A DNA stretch of 64,000 nucleotides from Polyangiales bacterium (GTDB taxonomy: Bacteria > Myxococcota_A > Polyangia > Polyangiales > Ga0077539), in NCBI GenBank assembly GCA_044229975.1, contig JBGARZ010000011.1, forward strand, positions 128,001 to 192,000, read 5' to 3'. Under the pieces are notes generated by a model that worked only from the letters and a program-made list of their open reading frames with translations, was not told where the DNA came from and did not search any database. The translations under genes and the position numbers were made by a program. Position 1 is the first letter of the stretch. Each line of letters begins with the position of its first letter. Below, in pieces: positions 1 through 9,378 of the stretch.

Positions 1-211
1 CCAGGTGCTCTACGCCCGCACCTACGCCATCCAGGTGCAGGACCGCGCGCTCTACACCCGACTTCTCCAGGAGGTCATCGACGCGGGGGACGTGCTGCCC
101 GACGAGCGCCTCGCCAACCTCGTCGCCAAGCGCCGCGCGCTGCGATATCTCACCGAGGCCGACGCGCTCTTTCCCCCCGCCGAGGCGCCCGCTGCCGAGG
201 TGCCCCCTTGA
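1..211 (+). CDS. TRAP transporter TatT (TPR) component, 3' fragment (gene starts before the window)
   Basis: C-terminal YARTYA..QDRALY..LL..V..A....P..RLAN..AKRRA pattern typical of the TatT family; stop overlaps the start of the DctP gene. Confidence 0.7.
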   Translation, partial: QVLYARTYAIQVQDRALYTRLLQEVIDAGDVLPDERLANLVAKRRALRYLTEADALFPPAEAPAAEVPP

Positions 212-1209
212 CCCGCACCGCCCTCGCCCTCGCTCTCATCGTCCCGGCCGCGGTCGTCGCGCAGCCCGCGGCCACCGCGCCCGCGCCGCGCACGCTCTCC
301 GTCGCCACGCTCGCGCCCATCGGCTCCACCTGGATGCGCGGCTTCGACGCCTGGAACCGCGAGCTCCGCCGGCGCACCCACGGCGCCCTCGCGCTGCGCT
401 TCTACCCCAACGGGGTGCAGGGCGATGAGGCCGAGGTGGTGCGGAAGATCCGCGCGCGACGGATCGACGGCGCGGCGCTCACGGGCGTCGGGCTCGGGGA
501 GATCCACCGCCCGACGCTGGTGTTTCAATCACCGGGGCTCTTCGCGGACTACGCGCAGCTCGACCGGGCGCGCGACGCGATGCGGCCCGAGCTCGACGCG
601 GCCTACGCGCAGGCGGGCTTCACGCTGCTGGGGTGGGGCGACGCCGGGCTCGATCGGGTGTTCTCCACGCGGGCGATTCCGGGGCCCGCGGAGTTTGCGT
701 CGACGCATCCGTTTCAGTGGCGCGAAGACCTCGTGGCCGAACCGCTCTACGCCGAGCTGCATGCGCGGGGGGTTCCGCTCCAGATCGGCGAGGTGCTCAC
801 GTCGCTACAGACGCACCAGATCGACACGATCATCGCGAGCCCCATCGCGGTGGCGTCGCTCCAGTGGGCCGCGCAGCTCTCGCACATGACCGACCACCCG
901 GTCGCCATCGAGATCGGCGCGCTGGTGTTCGGCCGCTCGCAGGTGGAGGGCCTCGCGCCTGAGTTGCAGACGGCGCTGCGCGAGACCGCCGCGCAGTATG
1001 CGGGTCTCCTCCAGCGCAACGTGCGCCGCGACGACGACGGAACCGTCACCCCGCTCCGCGCCCACGGCATGGTCGTCGACACGCCGACGGCGGCGCAGCG
1101 GGAGCAGTGGCAGTCGGCCTTCGCCCGAACGCGCGCGCGGCTGGTGGGCACGCTCGCCGACGCGGCCTTCTTCCAGCGGGTCGAGCGGGCGCGCGACCAG
1201 GGTCACTGA
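208..1209 (+). CDS. dctP: TRAP transporter substrate-binding protein (DctP/TatP type)
   Basis: Signal peptide; ATLAP.GS.W, FYP.GVQGDE..VVRKIR...IDG and GF.LLGWGD.G motifs. Confidence 0.85.
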   Translation: MTRTALALALIVPAAVVAQPAATAPAPRTLSVATLAPIGSTWMRGFDAWNRELRRRTHGALALRFYPNGVQGDEAEVVRKIRARRIDGAALTGVGLGEIHRPTLVFQSPGLFADYAQLDRARDAMRPELDAAYAQAGFTLLGWGDAGLDRVFSTRAIPGPAEFASTHPFQWREDLVAEPLYAELHARGVPLQIGEVLTSLQTHQIDTIIASPIAVASLQWAAQLSHMTDHPVAIEIGALVFGRSQVEGLAPELQTALRETAAQYAGLLQRNVRRDDDGTVTPLRAHGMVVDTPTAAQREQWQSAFARTRARLVGTLADAAFFQRVERARDQGH

Positions 1210-1578
1210 GCGGGCGACGCGGGCTGATCGACCCGGAAGACGAACACCCGCGAGCGGGCGGTCTCCACGGGCCCGCGCTCGTCCCCCGCGACCTCGACGC
1301 GATGCCAGCCGCCGCCTTCGCCCACGAGCTCGCGCGCCCCGAAGTGGCGCCGCCCGACCCGGCGATGGTCGAGCGGTGGCTGCAACAGACCTGCGGCGTG
1401 GGCCGTACCGCCGACGCGGCGTGGGGCGCGGCGCACGTGCGGGTGCCGGTCGCCATCGACGAGTGCTCGGGCGAGTCCCGCCGCCGGTGTCGTCATCGCA
1501 ACGAGCGCAACGCGGCCGCGGCGCTGACCATGGCGTGCGAAGCCAACGTCGTCGGAGAACTCCGCCGCTGAACCCCTC

Positions 1579-2184
1579 TCAGGGCAGGACGGCGGTGACT
1601 TCGACGACACCGCTGGCGACTCCGCCGATGAGCACGTCGACGACGTCCCCGAGGCCATAGGTCGCACGCGTGCGGTAGACGGGCGTCGAGGCCGTCGCGT
1701 CGGGCGAGGCGTACCGCTCGACGCAGCGATCGACCAGGTTGACGATCCAGTACACGGGGATGCCGGCGCGAGCGTAGCTGCGCAACTTGATGCCGCGATC
1801 GCGGTCGAGCGTGGAGTCGGACACCTCGACGACCAACGCGACATCCCCAGCGCCCGGGTGACGATCGGGATAGTCCTCCGCGCGGCCACGGATCACCGCC
1901 AGGTCTGGCTCGGGCTCACCGTCGTCGAGGGTGATCGGATCTTGCGAGCGCACCGACCAGCCGTCGGGGATGTGCCCAACGAGCGCGTGCAGGAGCTTCG
2001 CCAGCGCGATGACGTGCGGCGGGTTCTTCGCCTTCTTGAGCACCAGCACCCCTTCGAGGAGCTCGATGGGATCGTCGTCCGTGAACACCCCGGCGCGGAT
2101 GGCGGCGTGATACTGCGCCACCGACATCCGGTAGACGGGCTCGACGGGGACGACCTGCCGGGAATGGAGGACGTTCGCGAACAT
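1579..2184 (-). CDS. Uma2 family (DUF820) endonuclease-like protein
   Basis: SVAQYH...IELLEG, EPEPDLAV, LVVEVSDSTL..DR..K...YARAGIPVYWIVNL. Confidence 0.9.
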   Translation of the reverse strand: MFANVLHSRQVVPVEPVYRMSVAQYHAAIRAGVFTDDDPIELLEGVLVLKKAKNPPHVIALAKLLHALVGHIPDGWSVRSQDPITLDDGEPEPDLAVIRGRAEDYPDRHPGAGDVALVVEVSDSTLDRDRGIKLRSYARAGIPVYWIVNLVDRCVERYASPDATASTPVYRTRATYGLGDVVDVLIGGVASGVVEVTAVLP

Positions 2185-2303
2185 CGACTTCCTTCCTACC
2201 ACCACCGGGTCAGTGGCGCGCCATGGACCAACGCCCGCGTCCGCACGTAGCCTCCCGACCCGATGGTGACGCACACGACGGGACCTGAAACGTGGAGGGC
2301 GCC

Positions 2304-3023
2304 ATGAGCCGCGCGGTGGCGCTCGACGACCTGGCGCGGGCGATGGCGGGCCGCGACGCGACGATGCCCGCGGAGGTCGCGCTGGCCATCGCGTTGATGG
2401 CGGTCGACGCGATGGACGACGACGCCATGACGCTCGACCCGTCCGGGGTCGAGGTCGACGGCCGCGGGGTGGTGCGTCTCAGCGCGCCGTGCGCACTGAC
2501 CGACGACGCCCGCGCCCCGCAGGTCGGCGTGCTGACCCTGCTGGAGGCGATGCGGGTGGCGCCGTCGTCGCGCGTCGCGGCGCTGCTCTCGCGGCTGCGA
2601 TCGCAGACGACCTACACGCTCACGGCGCTGCGGGCCGAGCTCGCGGCGCAGGTCCCGGCCGACCGCGCATCGGCGCAGCGAGCGGTGGGCACGACGGTGC
2701 GGGAGTTCTTCCGACCGGCGCGCGAGGAGTTCGAGGCCGAGGAGGCGCGCGCCGCGGTGGCGGCGCCGGTGGTGGCAGCGCCGGTCGCGAAGCCCAAGGA
2801 CGACGTGGTGCAGGCGCTCATCGCGGAGGCGAAGGCGGCCGAGGCCGAGGCCGCGGTGATGCCCGGTCGACAGGCGACGGTGAGCATCGTCGGGGCCGAC
2901 CCGGCGCCGCTGCGGCCGCCGCCGCCGGAGCCGAAGCGCGGCCCCAACGTGCTCGTCCTCGTCGCGGTGGTGGTGGCAGTGCTGTTGGTGCTCGCGCTGG
3001 TTGCGAGCCGACTCCGCGGCTGA
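2304..3023 (+). CDS. Hypothetical protein with C-terminal TM helix; N-terminus may be a degenerate kinase-like lobe
   Basis: ORF with high-GC3 codon usage and GGAGG RBS; hydrophobic C-terminus. Confidence 0.6.
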   Translation: MSRAVALDDLARAMAGRDATMPAEVALAIALMAVDAMDDDAMTLDPSGVEVDGRGVVRLSAPCALTDDARAPQVGVLTLLEAMRVAPSSRVAALLSRLRSQTTYTLTALRAELAAQVPADRASAQRAVGTTVREFFRPAREEFEAEEARAAVAAPVVAAPVAKPKDDVVQALIAEAKAAEAEAAVMPGRQATVSIVGADPAPLRPPPPEPKRGPNVLVLVAVVVAVLLVLALVASRLRG

Positions 3024-3068
3024 CGCGTCCTTGATGCCGCCGCTCCCGCCGTGCTCCCCTCCCGCGCC

Positions 3069-4553
3069 ATGAAGACCGTCACTCGCGCGCTGATCGTCGC
3101 GTTGTTCGTCGCCGGCTGTGGCGCTCGCACGCTGCTCCGCGAGCCGCTCGACCCCTCCGACGCGGGCGACGTGACCGACACGCCGCCCACCAACGAGCTC
3201 CCACCGCTGCCCGACGTCCCCGTCGTCGACCGACCGCCCGTGCCCGACATCACCCCAGGCTGCGCCGACTTCCAGACGCTCTGCTCGGGCCGCTGCGTCG
3301 ACACCCGCAGCGACAACGTCAACTGCGGCGCGTGCGGCCTCGCCTGCGCCGAGAGTGCATGCGTCAACGGCCGGTGCCGCACGGCGCCCTGCACGGCGCC
3401 CACCTCGCTCTGCGGCGTCCGCTGCGTCGACCTCTCCACCGACCGGTCCAACTGCGGCGGCTGCAACACCGTCTGCGCTCCCGGGCAGACCTGCACCGGC
3501 GGGCGCTGCTTCAGTGACTGCGGCGGGCCGGGGCGCACCCTCTGCGGGAGTCTCTGCGTCGACCTCTCCACCGACTCCGCCAACTGCGGCGCCTGCGGCC
3601 GCGCCTGCCCCTTCGGCGCGGCGTGCAGCGGCGGCGTCTGCGCCCCGATCTGCGCGCCCGGCACGATCTTCTGCGGCGGGCTGTGCGCGGACCCGCGGTC
3701 GGACTCCACCAACTGCGGCGCCTGCGGCCTGGTCTGCCCGGCCGGCATGACGTGCCAGGCGGGCGCCTGCGGGAGGGCGCCGCCGCTCACGGGCGTGAAC
3801 TTCCAGATCACGCGCCTGCTGCCCACGAACTGCGTCTCGGTCGATCACGAGCGGGCGACGGGCGACGACCGCGGCGGCATCGCCATCTCGCGCGAGAGCG
3901 TCTTCTACAACGGCGACATGAGCGTCGGGCGCTTCGACCTCGACACGCTCGCGGTCCGCCCCATCGGGCGCGTCGACGACGGGCTGCTCTCCGACCTCGC
4001 GTCGGGGCAGGTGTACTCGCTTCGACAGATGGGCATGCCCGTGCCCATGGCCGGGGCCGCCACGATCACCGACCTCGCGCTCATCAACGGCCTCACCGGG
4101 GCGCCGCTGGGGATGTCGCAGCAGCTCTCGACCCCCATCCGATTGCCCGGCCTCTCACCCGTCGGAATCTTCTCGGGCTACGGCCGCGCGGTGATCTTCA
4201 CAGGCCGACGCGCCTACAACATCGACCTCCCGTCGGGGGTCGTGACCGACCTCGGGTCGATCGACGTCTCGATCGTCATGGCCTCGTGCGAGACGTGGGC
4301 GTCGTGGGGCGTCGCGGAGTTCTTCGAGGGAGCGATCTCGCTCGTCTACATCAACGGCCCCAACGCCATCCGGCGCACCCGCCTCCCCGCCGGCCCGACC
4401 ACCGACGTCGCGACCTTCCGGCAGCTCGGCGACATGTGCTCGTTCACCGTCGACCCGAACCGCAACCGCTGGTACTGGCACCACGAGGTCTCGTCACAGT
4501 TCGCGAGCGGCGCCGAAAACCTCGGGTACTGCGACGCCACGTTCGCCAGGTAA
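3069..4553 (+). CDS. Cys-rich repeat lipoprotein (four CVD....NCG.CG..C repeats) with C-terminal beta-rich domain
   Basis: Lipobox-like FVAGC; myxobacterial Cys-rich (MXAN_6577/Stig1-like) repeats. Confidence 0.8.
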   Translation: MKTVTRALIVALFVAGCGARTLLREPLDPSDAGDVTDTPPTNELPPLPDVPVVDRPPVPDITPGCADFQTLCSGRCVDTRSDNVNCGACGLACAESACVNGRCRTAPCTAPTSLCGVRCVDLSTDRSNCGGCNTVCAPGQTCTGGRCFSDCGGPGRTLCGSLCVDLSTDSANCGACGRACPFGAACSGGVCAPICAPGTIFCGGLCADPRSDSTNCGACGLVCPAGMTCQAGACGRAPPLTGVNFQITRLLPTNCVSVDHERATGDDRGGIAISRESVFYNGDMSVGRFDLDTLAVRPIGRVDDGLLSDLASGQVYSLRQMGMPVPMAGAATITDLALINGLTGAPLGMSQQLSTPIRLPGLSPVGIFSGYGRAVIFTGRRAYNIDLPSGVVTDLGSIDVSIVMASCETWASWGVAEFFEGAISLVYINGPNAIRRTRLPAGPTTDVATFRQLGDMCSFTVDPNRNRWYWHHEVSSQFASGAENLGYCDATFAR

Positions 4554-4598
4554 CGCGAGCCTCCCTCGGACCTCGCCCAACCATCGTAGAGCCGCACC

Positions 4599-5651
4599 GT
4601 GAGCGCCGCTTCCCCTCCCCTCCACGCCTTCATCTCGTCCGCGGGCTTCGAGGGTGCGCTCGCGGGCGAGCTCGGCGCCGTCGACCGCGCCGAGGGTGAG
4701 CCCCGTTGGCCTTCGATCGTCACCGTCCGTCGCGCGCTGCCGTCGCCCGTCGATCCGATCTTCGCGCGGCAGCAGATGCCCTCCGCCTCCTTCGTGCGAG
4801 GGGAGACACCCGCGGACGCAGCGGAGGCGGCGTTCGCGGTCTTTGCGCCCGTCCTCGACGCCGAAGATCGCACCTTCACCCTGCACGTCTTCGTCCCCAA
4901 CGCCGAGCAGTACCAGAGCCTCAGCGCGCGGGTGCAGGAGACCGAGGCCGCGCTGCTGGCGGTGCTGCGCGCGCGTCGTCGGGCGTCGTTTCGTCGCTAC
5001 GCCGCTCGCCCGGCGCGGGCGCGTTGGGCGGAGGTGGTGGTGTTGCAGGTCGCCATCGTCGGTCGCACCTCGCTGCTCGTGTCGGCGGCGCGACCGCGCG
5101 CGCTCCCGTCGGGCGGCTTCGACGTGATGCCCTGGCCCGCGGGCATCGCGCCCGTCGCCGACGACAAGACCGCGCCGTCGCGGGCTTACGGGAAGTTCGA
5201 AGAGGGCCTCGCGTGGATGGGCCTCGCGCCCGCCGCGGGCGAGTCGTGCGTCGACCTCGGCGGATCACCAGGAGGCTGGTCATGGAAGGCGCTGGTGCGC
5301 GGCGCGCGCGTGACCGCCGTCGACCGCTCACCCCTCGCACCGCCCGCGCTGGGTCACGCGTCGCTCGAGATGGTGATCGGGAGCGCGTTCGATTACCGCC
5401 CGCCCGCCCCCGTCGACTGGCTCATCTGCGACGTCATCTGCGAGCCGCCACGAACCATCGATCTGGTCGACCGCTGGATGAAGGACGGCCTCTGTCGACG
5501 GGTCGTCGCCACGGTGAAGTTCAAGGGCAAGGAGGGCTACGACGTGCTCGCCGCGGCACGCCTCCGCCTCGCCGCCCGGGGTTGGCCCTTCCTTCGGTTG
5601 AAGCACCTCGAACGGCACCACAACGAAGCGGTGATCCTGGCGGCGCGCTGA
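4599..5651 (+). CDS. rlmM: RlmM-like 23S rRNA 2'-O-ribose methyltransferase
   Basis: APSRAY.K.EE, VDLGGSPGGW, VTAVDR and VDWLICDV..P (FtsJ-type SAM domain). Confidence 0.75.
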   Translation: MSAASPPLHAFISSAGFEGALAGELGAVDRAEGEPRWPSIVTVRRALPSPVDPIFARQQMPSASFVRGETPADAAEAAFAVFAPVLDAEDRTFTLHVFVPNAEQYQSLSARVQETEAALLAVLRARRRASFRRYAARPARARWAEVVVLQVAIVGRTSLLVSAARPRALPSGGFDVMPWPAGIAPVADDKTAPSRAYGKFEEGLAWMGLAPAAGESCVDLGGSPGGWSWKALVRGARVTAVDRSPLAPPALGHASLEMVIGSAFDYRPPAPVDWLICDVICEPPRTIDLVDRWMKDGLCRRVVATVKFKGKEGYDVLAAARLRLAARGWPFLRLKHLERHHNEAVILAAR

Positions 5652-5709
5652 CGGGCCCTCGCCGCGCGAGCGCATTGCGCTGCGGAGCAGTGGTCACCAT
5701 GCAGGCGCC

Positions 5710-5961
5710 ATGACCATCGAGACTCTCATCACCTGGGCCGTCGTGGGACTCATCGCCGGCTGGCTCGCCTCGGCCGTCGTGGGCGGCGCGCTCGGCCTCA
5801 TCGGCGACATCGTCGTCGGCGTCGTCGGCGCCTTCATCGGCGGCTTCGTCTTCCGGCAGCTCCACGTCGCGGTTCCCTTCGGCGGCCTGCCCGGAACCAT
5901 CTTCGTCGCCTTCATCGGCGCGATCATCCTGCTCGGGGTGCTCCGCCTGATTCGTCGGTAG
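5710..5961 (+). CDS. GlsB/YeaQ/YmgE (transglycosylase-associated) membrane protein
   Basis: VGLIAGWLA...GLIGDIVVGVVGAFIGG...AFIGAIILL. Confidence 0.9.
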   Translation: MTIETLITWAVVGLIAGWLASAVVGGALGLIGDIVVGVVGAFIGGFVFRQLHVAVPFGGLPGTIFVAFIGAIILLGVLRLIRR

Positions 5962-6041
5962 CATCGAGCGAGTCACGCGGCCGACCCTCACTGGCAACGA
6001 TCCTCCTCGCGGATTCCTGTGGTACCCCGACGGCACCACCG

Positions 6042-7136
6042 ATGAACCCTCACCGGCACCTCGCGTTGCTCTGCGCCCTCTCGCTGCAACCCGCCTGCGC
6101 GCGTCGCACCCGCGATCGCGGCAACGATCAACCCGCTGCCGCGCAGCCCGTCGCGCAGCCCGTCGCACGGCCCGCCACGCAGCCCGCTGTCGCACAGCCC
6201 GCCGCGCAGCCCGCCGCGCCGGAAGCAGCGCCAGCGCCGATCCCCGCGCCGACGGCGCCGATCACCCTTCAGCGCTCCATCGCGATCGGCCGCTGGCCCG
6301 AAGGGCTCTCCGCCCATGGCACCGAAGCGTGGGTGGCCGAGAGCGGCGGACGGACCATCGCCCACGTCGACTACGTCACCGGCGTCGTGCTCGGCCGAAC
6401 CCGCGCGGGGCGCCTGCCCACCCGCGTTCATCTCTCGGGTGACGGCACCGTCCAGGTCATGTCGGTGACCGATCAGACCGTCTGGACGCAGCCGCCCGGC
6501 GCCGCCGAGGTCACCCGACTGGCGCGCCTGCCCGACGCCCCGCAAGACGCGGTCTGGGCCGAGGACGGAACCCTCTGGGCGCTGCTCTGGACCCACGGTT
6601 CGTCGGCCTCGGGCGCGATCGTCCGCGTCGGGCCGGGCGACGCGTCGGTGACCCGCGTGGCCGAGGTCGGAGCGGACGCGATGTCCCTCACGGTCGGGCA
6701 CGGCAAGGTGTGGGTCGCGCACCATGGCGGCATCGTCTCGGTGGTCGACACGACGACCGGACAGGCGCTTCCGCCGCTCGCCGTCGAAGGGTTTCACAAC
6801 CAGATCGCGGCCTGCGCCCACGGCGTCTACGTGAGCGACCGCAACGCCGTGATCCGCATCGACCCGGCGACGGCGACGGTGTCGGGGCGCCAGTCGCTCA
6901 CCGACGACCCGCGCGCGCTGGCCTGCTCGGTCGACGGCGCGCTGTGGGCCATCGGGGCGCACGGACAGATCGGCCGGCTCGACCCGGCCTCGCTCGCCGT
7001 GGTCTCCACGGCGTCGCCGCCGATGGCCTTCGAGCCCGCCGCAGCACAGGTGGCCAACGGCAGCCTGCTGGTCACCACGCACGCCTACGGCGCGGGCGAC
7101 GCGGCCGGCGCGCTGCTGGTGTTCAACGCGCGGTGA
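6042..7136 (+). CDS. Secreted/lipoprotein beta-propeller (YncE/Vgb-like)
   Basis: Signal with Cys, Pro/Ala/Gln linker, repeated WVA...V.R.DP.T blades. Confidence 0.7.
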   Translation: MNPHRHLALLCALSLQPACARRTRDRGNDQPAAAQPVAQPVARPATQPAVAQPAAQPAAPEAAPAPIPAPTAPITLQRSIAIGRWPEGLSAHGTEAWVAESGGRTIAHVDYVTGVVLGRTRAGRLPTRVHLSGDGTVQVMSVTDQTVWTQPPGAAEVTRLARLPDAPQDAVWAEDGTLWALLWTHGSSASGAIVRVGPGDASVTRVAEVGADAMSLTVGHGKVWVAHHGGIVSVVDTTTGQALPPLAVEGFHNQIAACAHGVYVSDRNAVIRIDPATATVSGRQSLTDDPRALACSVDGALWAIGAHGQIGRLDPASLAVVSTASPPMAFEPAAAQVANGSLLVTTHAYGAGDAAGALLVFNAR

Positions 7137-7602
7137 CGCTTCCGTCGAGCACCTCGGCGAGCTCGAACAGGTTGCCGAAGGGGTCGGCGAAAAACGCGAG
7201 GCGCCGACGGATCACCGGCAGCACGAAGGGCTCGGTGACGATCGTCACGCCGCGGCGGCGCAGCTCCGCGACGGTCGCGTCGACGTCGTCCACCTGAAGG
7301 CAGACGTGGTGGTAGCCAGCGACGCGGAGGCTGTCCGAGAGGTCGGTGTACGCCGCCTTCGCGGTCGGAGCGGGCGTCCCGTCGCCGAGGATCTCGACGT
7401 AGAACCCGTCGTCGTTGGGAGGCGCGACGTAGGCGAGCCGCTGGTCCTCGTAGGGCCACTCGTGGACGACGCGGAAGTCGAGCATCTCCGTGAACCAGCG
7501 CTTCTCGACCTCGTAGTCGGGGACGCGCACGGCGACGTGGTGGCCGCGCATGGAGGCGAAGGCGCTCGACGGATTCGGGGCGGGTGGATGTTGCAGGGAC
7601 AT
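7123..7602 (-). CDS. VOC/glyoxalase family protein
   Basis: HHVAVRVPD, GYHHVCLQVDDVD, FFADPFGNLFEL. Confidence 0.9.
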   Translation of the reverse strand: MSLQHPPAPNPSSAFASMRGHHVAVRVPDYEVEKRWFTEMLDFRVVHEWPYEDQRLAYVAPPNDDGFYVEILGDGTPAPTAKAAYTDLSDSLRVAGYHHVCLQVDDVDATVAELRRRGVTIVTEPFVLPVIRRRLAFFADPFGNLFELAEVLDGSVTAR

Positions 7603-7708
7603 GACGGTGCTCCTCGTAGACACGCGGGCGAAGCGCTCGCGACGTCCTCAACCTGCGCTCGCAACACTCCCCGGAGAATCGACGCAATGGTCATGGCACT
7701 CTGCACCC

Positions 7709-8653
7709 ATGGTTCAGAGTGCTGCCTCGTTTGCTGACCTCCCGCTGGGCCCGCTCGTCACCTTCGAGTGCGTGGCGCGGCACCTCCGCTTCGCGCGCGC
7801 CGCGACCGAGCTGCGGGTCACCCCGACCGCCGTCTCGAAGACCGTCGCGCAGCTCGAAGCGCACCTCGGCGTCCGCCTGCTCAACCGAACGACCCGCAGC
7901 GTCTCGCTGACCGAGGCGGGCGCCCGACTGCTCGACGCCGCCGCCCCGGCGCTCGCGGCGTTGCAGCGCGGGGTCGACGAGGCGCGCACCAGCGGCGACA
8001 GCCCGGCGGGCGCGCTGCGCGTCAGCACGTCGTACGTGGCCTTTGCGATGCTGTTCGAGCCGCACCTGCGCGGCTTCCTCGCGGCCCATCCGCGGGTCGC
8101 GCCCGAGTTCTCCATCGACAGCGCACCCAGCGACATCGTGGGCCGCGGCTTCGACGCGGGCGTGCGCCCCGGCCGCGCGTTGCAGCAGGGCATGATCGCC
8201 GTCCCCGTCGGCCGGGTGCAGCGGCTCATCGTCGTCGCGTCGCCCGACTACCTCGCACGCGCCGGTCGCCCGAAGACACCGACGAGCCTGCTCGACCACG
8301 CGTGCATCCGTCAGCGGGTGAGCGCGGGCGGTCGGCTGCTGGAGTGGACGTTGCGCGCGGGCAAGGAGCGCGCGACGCCCGACGTGACGGGCCCGCTGGT
8401 GCTCGACGACATGCGCTCGGTGCTCGGCGCCGCGCGCGAGGGCGTCGGTCTGGCGTACGTGTTCGAGCAGTTCGCGGCGCGCGACCTGGAGGCCGGGGCG
8501 CTGGAGCGGGTGCTGCCGGGGCACGCGCTCGTGCGCGAGGCGTTCTATCTGTACTACCCGAGCCGGCAGAACCTCCCGCCGAAGCTCCGCGTCTTCGTCG
8601 ACTGGTTTCGCGCGAAGAACGACTCCCCCCGCCGGGTGAAGCCCACCACCTGA
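7709..8653 (+). CDS. LysR family regulator, divergent from the VOC gene
   Basis: F.RAA.EL.VTPTAVS..V..LE..LGVRLLNRTTRSVSLTEAG HTH; FYLYYPSR..LPPKLRVFVDW. Confidence 0.92.
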   Translation: MVQSAASFADLPLGPLVTFECVARHLRFARAATELRVTPTAVSKTVAQLEAHLGVRLLNRTTRSVSLTEAGARLLDAAAPALAALQRGVDEARTSGDSPAGALRVSTSYVAFAMLFEPHLRGFLAAHPRVAPEFSIDSAPSDIVGRGFDAGVRPGRALQQGMIAVPVGRVQRLIVVASPDYLARAGRPKTPTSLLDHACIRQRVSAGGRLLEWTLRAGKERATPDVTGPLVLDDMRSVLGAAREGVGLAYVFEQFAARDLEAGALERVLPGHALVREAFYLYYPSRQNLPPKLRVFVDWFRAKNDSPRRVKPTT

Positions 8654-8695
8654 CGACGACCGTCGACTTCTGGCATGGTCGACGACGGAGACCGC

Positions 8696-9092
8696 GTGAG
8701 CCAGGACCCCGGAGCTGCTGCGGCGCCTCCTGCGCGCGAAGGACCGCATGGACGCCGCCTCGCACGAGGAGTGGCCCGTGCGGCGCCTGGCGCGGGTGAG
8801 CGGTGTGTCCGCGGCGCACTTCGCACGATCGTTCAAGGAGGCGTTTGGTGTTCCGCCGCACCGGTACCTGCTCACGCGGCGCATCGAGCGGGCCGTGGCG
8901 CTGCTCCGCGACACTGATGTGCCCGTCACGGACATCGCCTTCCAGACCGGATGGAAGAGCCTCGGCACCTTCGGTCGAACGTTTCGCGACGTCACCGGCG
9001 AGAGCCCCGGCGAGCGTCGCGAGAGAGAGAAGCTCACCCCGAGCGCGCGCGAATACGTGCCCGTCTGCTACCTGAGCGCGGCCCACCGGCCC
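8696..9092 (+). pseudogene. AraC family regulator, +1 frameshift near the start and 3' end deleted
   Basis: GGAG RBS and GTG at 8696 (VSQDP); one extra base in the C run 8707-8710; frame resumes ELLRRLLRAKDRMDAASHEEW...HFARSFKEAFGVPPHRYL...; homology ends at SAAHRP. Confidence 0.7.
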
Positions 9093-9094
9093 CG

Positions 9095-9271
9095 AAGGGG
9101 GCGATGCCGCCGCTGGTGCTGATGGTCGACGACTGCCGCGCCGCGTACGAGCGCATGCGCGCCGTCGGGGTGGAGTTCACGCAGGAGCCGGTGGAGCGCT
9201 ACGGCAGCGTGGACGCGGGCTTCCGCGACCCGTCGGGCAACGGGTGGAAGATGATCGAAGCGCGCCGCTGA
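9095..9271 (+). pseudogene. C-terminal half of a VOC family gene fused to the AraC remnant
   Basis: KGAMPPLVLMVDDCRAAYERMRAVGVEFTQEPVERYGSVDAGFRDPSGNGWKMIE is only the second VOC module; no N-terminal half. Confidence 0.7.
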
Positions 9272-9378
9272 TCGTCGGCGCCAGCGCCTCTCGGGGTTCG
9301 TTGCACGGGACAACGGCGCGCGATGGTAGAAGTGACCATCGCGGCCGCCGCGAGAGAGCCAATGGAGGCGCGGAGTTG

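Noticed and set aside
1203..1578. Possible small gene on either strand between dctP and Uma2
   Set aside because: Both in-phase strands are open, with no recognisable motif or clear start; the coding strand cannot be assigned.
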